In this document: positions 40,718-55,579 of the stretch, piece by piece
Layout: each line of letters begins with the position of its first letter
Numbering within the stretch: position 1 is the stretch's first letter
Assembly: GCF_009914755.1 (NCBI RefSeq)
Contig: NC_060942.1
Source: the human T2T-CHM13v2.0 reference genome, Homo sapiens
Length of the DNA: 64,000 nucleotides
Direction: 5' to 3' (one strand)
Position numbers and translations under genes: made by a program
The notes under the pieces: model-generated
Database searches by the model: none
What the model saw: the letters and a program-made list of their open reading frames with translations, nothing else
Told to the model about the DNA's origin: nothing

Positions 40718-41823
40718 GTTTTAGTAATTTATTGTTGTTTAATAAATCTAATGGCTTAAAATAACAATTCATTAATCTCAAAATTTTGTGGGTTGGCTGA
40801 GTTCAGCTGAGTAGTTCTTCTGATCCACAATGTGTAGGCTGAGGTCACCCATGTGACCTCATGTGGTGGCATTCAGCTGGGAGCTGAGCTGAATTTGGAG
40901 AGTCCAAGATGACTGCTCATCTTCCAGGACCTCTTTCCTGTGACCTCTCATAATTTCATAATTGAGCACAGCTTCTTTATCTGGCAACTGAAGTGAGAGA
41001 GAGAGGCTGGAGTCAAGGTAAAAACTGACAGGACCATAACTGACCAGGTGTCACTTTTGCTGCAGTCTGTTGGTCAAAGCAAGTCAAGGCCAGATTAGAT
41101 TAGAGTGAGGCAGAAGAATAGGATCTGGAGGCAGGGAACCTAAGGCCAATTCATGCTGACTTCCTAGAACTAAATCAAAAGGAAAACCCCAACTTTCCAT
41201 GCCCACATGACAAAAGGACCAGAGGCTACTCCCTTTGCACCTCCCCTCCTTTTTTGCCTGGGAGATGAAAAATTGAGAGTACCTCTGACTGGTTCCCTCC
41301 TGCAACCAATCAGGCTGTTTGCAGGCCAAGTCTTCATTTGCATAGGAGTATAACTCTGTAACTTCACTTCAGCCTCTGATTGGTCACTTTCTGCAAGCAA
41401 TCAAACGTTTGCATAGGATGTAACTTTATAACTTCACTTCAACCTCTGATTGACTACATTCTGCAACCAATCAGACTGATCGTGGGCCACTACTTCATTT
41501 ACATAGGGTGTACACTAAGTAACCAATGGGAAACCTCTACTGGTATTTAAACCCCAGAAAATTCAGTGAGCTGCTTGCTCGGCCCACTCCCACCCTGTGG
41601 AGTGTGCTTTTGTTTTCAATAAATCTCTGCTTTTGTTGCTTCGTTCTTTCTTTGCTTTGTGCGTTTTGTCCAATTCTTTGTTTAAGACGCCAAGAACCTG
41701 GACACCTTCCACTGGTAACAAGAGGGGAGAGGAAATAGACTCCACTTCTTGAAGGGAGGAGTAACATACATGTTCATAGAACAGAGAAACTATTGGCTAC
41801 CATGTTTGGAGATAATCTGTCAC
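40718..41823 (-). mobile_element. MLT1G/H-like LTR interrupted by MER51
   Basis: ggcattcagctgggagctg...tgttggtcaaagcaagtca, resuming aggaaatagactccacttcttga after the insert. Confidence 0.7.
41106..41720 (+). mobile_element. MER51A/B ERV1 solo LTR
   Basis: tgaggcagaagaataggatctggaggcagggaacctaaggcc...ggtaaca; TSD agag; AATAAA at 41618. Confidence 0.9.
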
Positions 41824-41902
41824 AAATAGGCAGGAGGAATACAGACTACTTCTGCAATAAGTGTACCATATTAAAAACTGGGGTGGTTTTAAATGATCTT
41901 GA

Positions 41903-42117
41903 AGTCTGAGCAACATAGAAAGACCCCATCTCTACAAAAAAATTATTTAAAATTAGTCAAGCATAGTGGCACACACCTGTAGTCCTAGCTACTTAGGAGG
42001 CTAAGTGGGAGGATCACCTGAGCCCAGGAATTTGAGGCTGCAGTGAGCCAGGATCATGTCACTGCACTCCAGCCTGGGCAACAGAGCAAGACCCTGTCTC
42101 TAAAAACTAAAAATAAA
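41903..42117 (+). mobile_element. 5'-truncated AluJ
   Basis: Linker plus right arm; TSD aaat(g/a)atcttgaa. Confidence 0.9.
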
Positions 42118-42394
42118 TAATCTTGAAAATGTTCAGAAGCCAATAAAAATAACAATGCTTATTTTTTGCGAACAATACTATTATATATTTTCCCTAGGAC
42201 TGTTAATAAGACCCACTTATTAACTTATCAGTGAGTCCTAAAATTTCTAGGATTAGAGTCATTCCTTTGGGTTATTTCACCTTCACAACTCCTGCCTGAA
42301 AATGCAAATGCCTCTGGCATTGATCTGGGACCAACCACTAAGGCCCTTGGGAGAATTTGAGATTAGAAGCTAAGTCTGTGAGAGGTCTTTAAGG

Positions 42395-42530
42395 CAGTGC
42401 TTTTAGTCCACAATCCATGGTTGGGCTTTGGGCATCTGAAAATCCTTGAAATCACTTTCAAAATGTTGTGGTTCAATGTGCATTTTTCATCAGTTTCTTA
42501 ACTGATACCAAAAAGGTTAAAACTTGCTAT
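42395..42530. mobile_element. MER112-like hAT fragment
   Basis: ccttgaaat...atgtgcatttttcatcag...ccaaaaaggttaa. Confidence 0.5.
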
Positions 42531-43113
42531 TCTAAGGGTGTAATTACTAGTAAATCTCACTAGAGAAAAGGCAAAGCTAACATCATTCTCTTTAGTAGAA
42601 CTGAGTATGTAGAACTCTAGTGTTCCTTAATCGTTTGATATTCGTTACCTTTGTCTCTCTCCTATTAGATCTCAGCACATGGAAGGAAAAACCTTCTCTT
42701 TATATTTGCATCCCACAGTGGGGAGAATCATTCAGAGTCTTCAACATACACCCCGTCTAGGTCTTCAATCATGTTCCTTAGAACCCTTCTGGGGCTAATG
42801 GGGTCGAGGATGGAGCATAAGATGAAGGAGAGCCCCAGGAGGTAAGTATTTTTCCCATTCAAACAGAGCAACACCACTTTGACTCTTGATCTTACTATTC
42901 TTATGTATAAGTTTTCCTTTAAAGAATGAATCTTGAGGCTAAAAGTAAAGTTTGAGAACTACTAACAAGTTCGACTCCCTTATTTTTCCAAGTGATAAAA
43001 TGGATTTAAATGTTTTGCTCAAAGTCTGGAGTCAGGGCTACACTGGAACTATAGTTTCTGTTTTCAGATGCTTCATTACACAGTTTTCCCCCTGCCACCT
43101 TCCACTAGAGGCC

Positions 43114-43488
43114 TGATATGGTTTAGCTGTTTTGCCACCTAAATCACATCTTGAATTGTAGTTCCCATTATCCACATGTGTCACAGGAGGGACCCAGTGG
43201 GAGGTAATTGAATCATGGGGGTGGTTACTTCCATGCTATTCTCCTGATAGTGAGTGAGTTTTCACGAGATCTGATTGTTTTATAAGGGGCTTTTTCCCTT
43301 TTGCTTGGCACTTCTCCTTTCTGCCATCATGTGAAGAAGGATGTGTTTTCTTCCCCTTCCACCATGATTGTAAGTTTCCTGAGGCCTCCCCAGCCATGGT
43401 AAACTGTGAGTTAATTAAACCTCTCTCCTCTATAAATTACCCAATCTCGAGTATGTCTTTATCAGCAGCATGAAAACAAACTAGTACA
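43114..43488 (+). mobile_element. THE1C-like solo LTR
   Basis: tgatatggtttagctg...ccatgattgtaagtttcctgaggcctccccagcc...tagtaca; TSD aggcc. Confidence 0.93.
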
Positions 43489-44989
43489 AGGCCTGAGTGT
43501 TCTCTCCCTGACCTTCATTAGGTATTTTCCTCTCAAGCCAAAATGTCCTGCAATCAGGAAACAGCCAGTTGACAAATCAGGAACCTGGGGAATTCCAGGG
43601 TGGACCTCTTCCTGGACCCAACACTACAGTGGGGCTTGGGAATGGGGGGAAGGAGAGCTCTGAGGAATCCACCAAAGAGAGTATCTTCAACCTGATCTCA
43701 TTATTAGGCCGTGAACTGGTCTTGATTCTTCCCACAGCTTTCTATTTCCACCAAAGAAGAAAAATATAAGGCAGCAACAAACTGCATTCTTTTTTCTCTT
43801 GTATAATGCAAAAACACACTGTCCCTGATCACTTAATTCCCGACAGCTAGAAAGTGCATTTCAAAGTCATACACCATATTCCAAGCCTTCCGAAATGCCT
43901 AAAGGAGAGAAAAACTAGACAAACCCCGAATAAAGATATGTGTATAGATTTCTATATTTGCAATGTTAATGGGCCTTGACTAAGACCACTGTGATTTTAA
44001 TACATTGTATTGTTTTATTCCTACTGTATTTTAAAATAGAACATCTCAAAACAATTAGATTAATTAAATATCCACGGGGATGCAGAAAATGTTTTCTTAT
44101 CACACTTGGGGACTTGACCAGCGCAGTTTCTTAGCTTTTTCAGAACTTCTTAATGACAGAGTTTCACCCCATCAGAGCCTTGACAACTATTTTAATCTGT
44201 CATTAAGAAGAACATTTCAGTACCTGGAAAATTTTCAGGCTTCTTGAGACCTAAATTTGCCAAATGTAGCTGTTTAGTTTAGAGGAAGCTGTCCTTCACC
44301 ATGAGTGGCACACTTTCAAACCCTCTAGCTTATTGTCTGTGAATGCAAAGTGGCTCGTGGTCTTGGGGAGTAAAATACAGGTTAGAAAGGTTAGAAACAG
44401 TCACTGAGCAATTTTTATTGTCTATGTTTCATCAAGATACGGAAAGTTGAAAATTTCACCCCGTGCTAATAACACAGTATTAGTTACACTTCACTGCTTT
44501 GTTGGAGCTAAACCAATCTCACTTCTGTTCTCTCAAGCCTAAATTCCAAGAGCGGCCAGGTTTCTAAGAAAACAAAAGCTGCCATAATCTCTAGTATAGG
44601 CCGGTGTCAAGCCACAGGAGTTCTAGCAAAGACCACATATTATCATGAGCTTGAAACATTAAAGAATTCTGCAGGGTGACAAGCTCTAGGAAAGAAACTC
44701 TTAAAAGAGACTCATTTTTCTCCACAGTGTCAGCTGCAGGAATAAACTAGCAATGAGTGAGAAGTTTGGAGTTGAAAATGAAGAGACAATGGCTTCCTTG
44801 GTTTCAAGGACAAGTTATTTTATGACCTTGGATTAGGCACTTTATTCCTCTAAATGCCTCTACACTAGGAGACTTGCTGTTTGGTCCCTTTGTGGATGTT
44901 GAGTTTGCATAGTTGGATGGGAGATTCTTTCTACATTTATAAAATGACAGGGTTGTCAGTATCCTGCACCAGGCAATGTGGCCCCACAC

Positions 44990-45175
44990 TGTAGCTTTCT
45001 CCCTTACAACTTTGTGACCTTCAGCAAGATATTCTCACTTCCTGTGTCTTAGTTTTTCCAATAGCAAAATGGTGGTGGTAACAGTAGCCCTACTGCATAG
45101 GGCATAGGAAATATGCATTCATAGTTTAAACCATTTAGAACAGTGCCTGGCATATACAAAGTGCAATAAAATAGA
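44990..45175 (+). mobile_element. MIR
   Basis: tgtgaccttcagcaag...tttagaacagtgcctggcata. Confidence 0.8.
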
Positions 45176-45255
45176 CTTCAATATTCATATTCTACAGCCT
45201 ATGTCATGCTTAACTATTTCTCCCTTCAGCCCGCCTCTACCCTAGTATTTAATGA

Positions 45256-45588
<333 letters not shown>

Positions 45589-46211
45589 TAAATGCATATA
45601 AACCTAATCTCTTTTTAAAGGCTCTGGCAACTACATTGCATGATAAAAATAGTTTTCATTCAATATTTCAGATTGGAGGTGAATGATGAGGAGATACAGA
45701 GATCAATCCTTCAATGTCTTCACTGCTTAGCTACCTGGAAACTCTGAAGCCAAGTAATGCAATTCCAATTCTACTAAAAAAGCTGAACTCGGTAATAACC
45801 AAAGAGCTCACAGGATTAAAGAGCTAAAGACTATTAGCAATCATCTAGCCCAACCCCTTAGTTTTACAAATAAGGACTGAGGAACATAGAGGTAAATAGC
45901 ACTGGTTCCTTTAATAAACCAGAAATTATACTTAATAATTCATGGTTTCAGAAAAAAAATTAGTGGTGCCCTCTCAATATGTTTGCCCAGGGGGCTATAA
46001 CTTATTCAATATAATTGCCATTGCTTGGATTGTGGTTTCAACGTTTTTTGCTTTTCCCAGTTTGTTTATATATCACACAAGAAAATCATCATCTACACTT
46101 TAAAACCAGGGTTTTTACCCAAAATGGCAATATACCCTGCCCACTCACCTCTTTACCATATCTGCCTCTTTATGATTTGTATTATTTCCAGAAACCAAAT
46201 TTATGCTCATA

Positions 46212-46705
46212 TGACAAAAATATAATTCCAACTTCTCCAAAATGCATCAGACAATGGGGAAGATGATTTTATTCAGGCTATTGGCAATAGGGAGAATGTT
46301 TATTATAAGGCATATCTCGAAGAAAAGGAACAGCATCCCAAAGAAAAGGGTTTTACAGAGGCAGGTAGAAAATGGAGTCATCTGAGAGTATTTTATGGGT
46401 CAAGAAAAAGGATAAAAACAGGTCTTATCTCAGAATCTACAGGGCATGATCATACTTTGTGGTTAGTCATTCCCTGGAACTCAAGACAATTGGGAGGTTT
46501 CTTTCTCTCTTTTTGTTTATTTGTTTGTTTGTTTGCTTTTGTTGCCCAGGCTGGTCTTGAGTTCCTGGGCTCAAGGGATCCTCCAAACTCAGCCTCCCAA
46601 AGTGCTGGGATTACAGGCATGAGCCACTGTGCCCAGCCGACTGGGGGATTTCTTAACCACACTTTTTCTGAAAGCACAGGACTCAGGTAACGTTCAACCT
46701 TGTCA
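46212..46705 (-). mobile_element. MER110/MER90-like solo LTR containing a FLAM (46504-46638, minus)
   Basis: Reverse complement begins tgacaaggttgaacgttacctgagtcctgtgctt, as at 4355; FLAM TSD tgggaggtttctt/tgggggatttctt. Confidence 0.7.
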
Positions 46706-47600
46706 TATCTTTGAGGATAATCAAAAAATGTACTCAAGCTCTTAAGGCCACTAACTGTTCAATGCCCCAACATGATTCCCTTGAAAAGACAGCTGTCATT
46801 TAGGCATTGTGTGAACTAGATGGGGTTTTCCTGCCCAATTAGTTTCATTATCTCTTACCTACCAGTGACATCATTGGTGAAGCTTTTCCTGTATTATTTA
46901 TCTGAAACTCAAAAAAATGAAGAAGTATGCCAAATCAGGGCTGAAGTTCAGCACTCCACGGAACACATGCACCTGAGAAGGTTGACTGGCCTTTCCATCC
47001 TCTGTGTCATCATCTTACTCATCTTGAAAATAAAGCTTGTGCTCTTGGACATAATATTCACCACATGGTTAGGATTTGGGAGTAGAAAGTGAGGTGAACT
47101 GAACTGCTGAAATCTACTTGAGTTATGAACATAGAAGTGGTTGGTTTAATATCAACAGATAGGGATACTATGTCTAACATAGCATCACTATAATTTCCCC
47201 ATGATATGGCTCAATGTGTGTGGGGGGTGTGTGAGTAAGGAAAAGCTGGAAAAGGTTTTAAATTTGGTAGTATTTCTGTTTCATCCATTCTGTTTTTCTC
47301 TGCATTTTATTCTTCTTGACTAGGCTATTTGACAACTTTGAAGAGATATAAGTTAACTTGTAGAAGTCTGGTAATAATGCAAATAATTCCTGTCCATAAA
47401 TAGGCAAAATCTGTCCAGAGGAGGTTCTGTTGGCTTGCCTCTCCCACTGTGAGAGAAGCCAGTTTTGCATCTACCTAAACGAATTCATCCTGGCTTTCTT
47501 AATAACCTATAAATACATCTGGTCTTTGGAGTCTACTTGGAACCAGTTGTAACACTTTTCTGGTTCCCTTATTAGTTAGTGAGTTACATAAAATCATTAG

Positions 47601-47953
<353 letters not shown>

Positions 47954-48402
47954 TAAAAATTATTCTTTAAAATATGAACATAGATATATGTAAAGTGACA
48001 TTAACTAGACTTATTTTAGAAGGAAAAAAAGTCTTTTTATTAGAGCATGTTCAAAGGAATAGTTGGATTACTTTCAAGTTTATACTAAGAGGTATTAGCC
48101 AATAGAGATCAATACTTTAATAAATGATTTATAATGAGTATTTTCCTAAATAAATTGATGCTTCTAGAGCATTTAAACACAGAAGCATATTTCAAGTGTT
48201 TTAAAAATATTCCTCTAATCTTATTTATACTCTCTTTAAAAAGAAAAAATATGTGCTACATAATGAAAGATTTCAGCTCAATTATTCCAAATTACAAATT
48301 GATGAAATCCTACTTTAATGAAATTTTACATATGTAAATTAATAGAACACTGACTCTTAAAATGCTTGCAGTGGATTGAGCCCTAAGATATCAGTTAATG
48401 CA

Positions 48403-48747
<345 letters not shown>

Positions 48748-48749
48748 TC

Positions 48750-48900
48750 AACCTGTCTGAACACATCTATTAACAGGGGCTCGCTCTCTTTCCAAGAGGC
48801 TATTTTATGGTTAAAAGCTTCTATGGTTGGAAAGTTTTCCTTCTAATTCATCAAAGTCTCCCTCCTTGAAATATTCACCCACTAGTCCTAGTTACAGTTT
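48750..48900 (-). mobile_element. L3/CR1 3' fragment
   Basis: ggttggaaagttttccttctaattc...ttcacccactagtcctagtt. Confidence 0.55.
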
Positions 48901-49599
48901 TAATATTAATAGACATGTAAAATCTGTCTTTTATCTTCCTTCTCCTGTAATGGTGTAGCTGACTTGCCATTGCAGATTCTTTCAGGAACAAAACAGGTCA
49001 AAAAAATTATCATAGGCTATGTCTGCTATATCATTTCAAACAAAGTCAAGAGTTAACAATTATAAACACAGACACCTTGATTGCTGCCATGAACTATCCA
49101 GATCAACCCCTTATAAACAGAATCTAAGTCACACAGAGGTTGCAATGTTATTCCTAGGTTTTCGTGGATATTTTTATAGATATTCCTTTAAACTCTGAAC
49201 CTTTAATTGGAAAAAAAGGTACTTCACAACCAAAATACATGATTCTTTCAAAACCAAGACAATACAATAATAAAATAAGGTGTTGTCCTATTCTGCTCCA
49301 CTATCCTATAATTCCAAGATGTCATTGTATCTATTTTTCTGCAGGTATTGGAACTCTTCTGTAGTCTGTCACAGAAATGGCCGCAGCTTCACATTATGCT
49401 ATGACAACCATATAATCCACAAGACTCTTATGTTGTAGCACCCTTTGTCTAATAACAGGCATTTTAAAAAATAATTTACAGTTTAAGCATTAAGACAACT
49501 TACGGTTTTTTACATGACTTTCTCCTTTCCTTAAAAGGAAAGACAATATACAGACAATGTGTCTCAAAATAAATTCTCTAGCAGAGGGGACAAGCTGTG

Positions 49600-50105
49600 G
49601 AATGCAAGATCTCCCTCTTCATTGGTGAAGAAGAGAGAAGTTTCTGTGGCTTTTACAGATTCGTTTGCTAGGGAATAAAGAAAATCTTGCCATTTTCTCT
49701 ATGTCAGATGTAAAAATAAAAAGCATAGAGGAGAAGAATGGGGCCATAAACTTGATACAACGTATTGCAATCGAGTTTCATCAGATAAACTACGGAGACA
49801 GTTTCGATGATGCTCTTGTCAGAAAACACATGGTACGATACACTGTATATGTGCCAGATAGCTTCTGCACTTTCAGAAATGTCATTTCTAAAAATGTCTA
49901 TCCATTTGGAAAATAAGTATGCAATAAATCTGTAAATATTTATTATAAAAGCAATAAGAAAACAGTAAAGAATGAATGCAGCTTTTGACAACACTGCATA
50001 AACTGTTAACAACAGACCTTTGGAGCCGACAGTTCTGTTTCTAGATCAGGGGCCAGGGCCCAAATGTTGCAATAACTAGGGCCATATCAATATATTCCAC
50101 ACCCT
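49600..50105 (+). mobile_element. Ancient hAT (Tip100-like) 3' end with transposase dimerisation-domain relic
   Basis: GEEERSF at about 49624-49644, then after a frameshift IAIE...INYGDSFDD...RK; gggccc-rich subterminal region and TIR-like end near 50100. Confidence 0.5.
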
Positions 50106-52398
50106 CTTTCCCGCCATAGGAGGTCCACCTAATTGAGATGCCAAATGATGCGATGTGAGGCAGAAGTAAAACATACAGATCTTGTATTTCTGAATCCATA
50201 TGTCTTGCTTGATCAATGAACCAAAATAGCTACTCGTTGGAATTGAAAAGCTGCAGAACCTGCTGCTGTTCTTTTTTGTTCTTGATCCTATAGAAAAGAG
50301 CTAAAAGGCAAGTAATAGGGAGAGAATCTCCCATAGAAGACTATGCACACTTCTGCAGGTCTTGCGTCACCCCAAGGCTGTCCTTAGAAAGCACCCCTTT
50401 CTCTTTGGTAATGACCTTTCTGTTTTATTTGGCAGCCCAATTCCCCTCAGCTGACTGAGAGAGGATGGTTATAAGCTAGGGGAGGAAGGCATGGATTATG
50501 AATGACTTCCCTGTCTTTCTGTTTAAGAAACTCAAGTTCATATTAGTTCACCTTTTCTAAATAACTGTCTTGTGGACAACTTAGCTCAACACTTCCTGAC
50601 TTAATCCACGGAATTAGAACATCTGCTCTGAATGTAAGATTTACAGAGGGAATTATACCTACTCCATCTAGAGACTGTTTGCCTCTGATGTCATTCTTGA
50701 TTAGATGATTTTGGAATTTTGATTGCTTTACATGAGATTATTATGATTTCAAAATGCAGCTTGTAAATGTATTCAGTTCATCAAGGACTATAAATATAAA
50801 TCTCCACCAACAGACTTCTCCTTGCTTCGGTCTTCTTAGATGCTCTTAGGTTAATAAGGGGACACAAGAAATATCTTTAAGAAAAGGTGAGAAACTCCTA
50901 CATTAGAAAATAATTTTCAAAACATCTGGCCTCGTATTCAGGAATTTGATGATAATCATGAGCCTTTTAATTAAATTAATGAACACAGGGTAATGAAGGC
51001 TATTTGAAAAAAAAACAGATGTTAAAAATGTAAGGACCAGTCATGCTCTGTTCAGTAAAACAATGACATGATTAAGTAATAAAACTCCTCCAGATTTTTC
51101 TATATGCCTTTGGGTTCCATCTTCAACTTTCTCTTTCAAAGGAAACTACCTACTTTCTATTCACAATTCCTCACACTCTAGTGGGATTTGGATCTAACAT
51201 GGTGAGACAGGAAAAAAAAAAAAGAAGTATCTCTTTATAGAAAAAAAAGAGATTACAAAGTTCCTAAATTAAAATTAGATTGAATGTATTTTAAAACTGA
51301 GGTTCCCTGAAAATTTGACTTGCTTCTTTATTTTAATCAACTTCAAGGGACTTTTGCAATTAAGATTAGCTCTCAAATATACTCTAAAAATTTAAGATTT
51401 TATGATTCCACAAGTTTTATGTGAATTCTACATGAAATCGTGCCACTGCTGCTATTTCCGTTGAAGAACTAGGATAAGAAAGAGGAACAATAAGATGTAT
51501 ATTAGAAATCTAGTGGGTCAGTTTGCAGGAGAAAAAGGAATAAGCATCATTTATTTCCAAAAGGCTGCAGTTCAGCACGAAGACTAGCCTATCTGACATG
51601 CAATTATGTGTCATGAGTTACAGTGGTAATTAAGTCTCTAGAACAGCAAGCTACCTCGAGAACCCCCCAGGACTTCAGGTGGCTGGCTCCCAACTCTGAA
51701 TCATCTAGTGCTTCGCCGTGGCTCATCCATCTACTTCATTCCTTTATTTATCACCATTGTAAGCCAGGGGACTATGTTTGGCTCTAAAACACATATTTTC
51801 CCCCTTGCATGCCTACTGGCCTATCTTTCCACTTCCTAAACACTTTCTCTAAAAAGGAAGCCCATTATCCCAGATGGCATAAAACCAAGTGTCTTCATTT
51901 TCTCTCTTCTTTACCAATACTCCCGTTCACCTCTCCAAGGGGCTGAGCGAGGTCCCCCCACGTTAGGTCACTGTCTAAGTAAGGGTCAGCTCCATCCATT
52001 CTCTCCATGGTCACCCTTACACATCCTGATACACATTGGCAATAGTTCTTCTCATTTATTCATTCAGAAAATATTTACTGATGCACCAGCAGCTGAGACA
52101 TGTGGTCCAATTGTCTGAGAAGGGAGGAAACAGATAAAAGGAGAGCCATAAATCCAAAGGGAGATAGGCTTTCACAGGAACAGCCATAAAGCCAAGCTGT
52201 TTTCAAGCTCCTGGATCTTCCGTGTGGCCCCTCTTTGAATCTGGCAGCTCTACCCAGTCTCCCTCATGGAACCATACGTAAAGAGTTAAGCATCAAAGAG
52301 GTATCATGTTATAGAATGTATGAACCTTTTATGTAGTGGCCCAGTGGGGATATTAAAGAAAAATGAAGGAAAAAAATTCCCACCCCATATCCAGTAGA

Positions 52399-53106
52399 GT
52401 CACGTGTCCATGCATGATAAGAAGAAGCCAATCAGGCCAGGTTGTGGCTGATGTGCCTGTTATTTGTACTCTAGGCCCCATTAACTTATACTAGCTATTT
52501 TGGAGAAGTAATTTCTGCTGCCAGATGGCAGCCCAGAAGTAACTTTCTTGATGAGCGAGAGAAGTTGCTCCCCATTTCCTTCCTTGACATCACAGCGCAG
52601 CCCCCTCAACCTCAGCCCCGCAGGCTGGGGACTGGCTGGTGGGGTCCACGCAGACTGTGATTAAATGACTCATCTCCTCAGCATGACTTGTTTGTAAAGG
52701 TTATTCACAACAAAAACAGCAGCAGGGTCCCAAACCTGGAGTGGGTATTTGTCGAAAACGCGTCAAGATAATAAGGGGCCATTGAAGGAACACCTACAGT
52801 TGGGTGGGAAAAGAGCGGCGTTTGTGACCTGAGGATGATATTCAATTGAACACTTCCATCTGCCCTTTGGAAAAATTTGACCCTAGCAACAGAATCAATT
52901 CTTGGTTTACCGCTAGTTACTCAGTTGAGACCACAGACTCATATCTACCCATGACTTTGCCAGTTGTAACGATGCCCGCATCTTCCGTCAAGTCAATAGT
53001 GCCCTCAGCTCTTCTTCTCCAAGTCCCCTTGGTGCTACCAATTATAATAGACAGGGAGACAGATGCCGCCCCAAACCATAAAACCCAACTAGTCCTCATC
53101 CACCCG
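52399..53106. promoter_or_regulatory. Candidate enhancer/weak promoter
   Basis: Non-repetitive, 16 CpGs in about 710 bp, with GTCACGTG, CCAAT, TGACATCA, ATGACTCAT and GATA motifs. Confidence 0.45.
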
Positions 53107-53399
53107 GAATTTCAAAATCAGCAAGAAGAAATGAAATAAAATAAAAATCAGTGAAGGTCATAAGTGGTAATTTTCATTTAAGGAAGGCATATCATAAAAT
53201 AAAATAAAAGCAGGCTGTCACTATCTTTTGTTGCAAAGGAGACTTGGAGCCATTTAAATAGACACACACAAAAGACTAGAAGGGAATTGTCATTAGAGAT
53301 TTCCATTAAAGTTACTATGTCCAGATTAGTAGCTTAAAGGGTAATGGGAAAAAATCTTCCTGATAAAGGATTAAGGAACTAACAGTAGGAGAGAAGGGC

Positions 53400-53535
53400 T
53401 CACATTTGTTAAGTGCTCACTTATGCCAGGCAGTATGGGACTGCACATATCACCTTATTTAATCTTTAAAACAACCTTGTTTGATAAATATTATTATTTT
53501 CAGTTCAAACATAAGAAAACTGGGACTCAGAGATT
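53400..53535 (-). mobile_element. MIR
   Basis: catttgttaagtgctcacttatgccaggca...aagaaaactgggactcagaga. Confidence 0.8.
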
Positions 53536-53539
53536 TTCA

Positions 53540-54220
<681 letters not shown>

Positions 54221-55579
54221 TTATTACTAGAGAAAACCTTCCCCAGGTGATTCCCGATGCTCCCTAAAGGCATCCTTACCTCCACTTTTAAAGCCACAAG
54301 ACATTCTTTCTTCTTCCCACTGGCACACAGAGTAAAGGAATGTGGCAGGTCCACCCAAAAACTCCAACCCAGGGCTTGCCTCCTGAGTGTCAGACACAGG
54401 ACTGACACAGACAGCTAGAAAATTATTCTCAGCAGTAGTGGCAGGTTGGAAGGTATAGCTATGTTGAGGATCCAATCACAGAAAGATTAACTAACAACAC
54501 ACAGCAGTATTAAGTGCCAAGGAGCCACTCTAGGCAATCAACAGTGGGAATTCTTAAACAGAACTCTCCTTACAGGTTGGAATAATCAAGGGAGACCTAG
54601 TTGATGGAGAAGTTGGGGCTCTGATCATACCTGGAAGTATACATAGAAATTAGAGAGGGAAGGTGATTTGTGATTGCAGGAAGACCCTAAGAAGATGAAC
54701 ATGGAGGCTTCAGAACAGGTTCAAAAGCCAAAGGGTTGTTACTGAAGATGTTCAGCCGGGGGTGGTGCAAGGGAAGTGGGGCTTTCAAAGATGGACCTGG
54801 TGGTGTTGAGCAAGATGAATTTGATAAGAGAGAGAACAGTGACAAGGTTTGTACATGTTTCTTGAAGGAGTGCTCCTGACCCAGACTTTTTTGGGAAAAA
54901 GCGGCCCAGTTCTGGATGTTCATGATTTGGTGAAGACATGATGAAGAAGCTGTTCTCAGCAGGGATAGCTTGAGGGAGTGAGCTGCAGGGATGAGACTGA
55001 GAAACAGGCAAGAGCAGAAGACCCCACTCTCCTTCACTCCTTTCACGGCTGTGCCCCACTACTCTGTTACTGGTTCTATTCAATGGTACAAAGGCTTCAC
55101 TCAGTACCACCCTCACCAGGGGACTAAACCAAATCAAGTCTTGGCTCCCAAATCTAAGGATACATTCAGTCTTCACTAAATATGGCAGCCATGGTTTAGT
55201 ATTTTCAGAATAATCCTGTCTATACCTGTATTTCCCTTTAGAATTTGCTAAGACAATTGTATCATAATTTCCCCTCCCCTCACTGAGAGTAGGGACCTTT
55301 GGATCTAGGCTAAATTGCTCTTGTGTTATAGGCATGAGATGTTTGTCTGAGAAAGATCTTAAGCCCTATGCTAGGTGGACCAATGATGCTGAGGGAGAGG
55401 GATGTGGAAGGGGGAGGAATTTAAGGTTTTTAAAACAGGCAGGCAATTGTACATAGTTACATAAGATGTAACCATCAGGGGTAGCTGAGTGAAGGGTACA
55501 TGGGGCCTGTTTATACTATTTTTAAAACATTCTGTGAATAAACAATTATTCCAAAATTAAAGGCATTAAAAAAAAAGGC

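Noticed and set aside
54739-55335. 198-aa minus-strand ORF
   Set aside because: No recognisable domain, splice context or homology; chance ORF.
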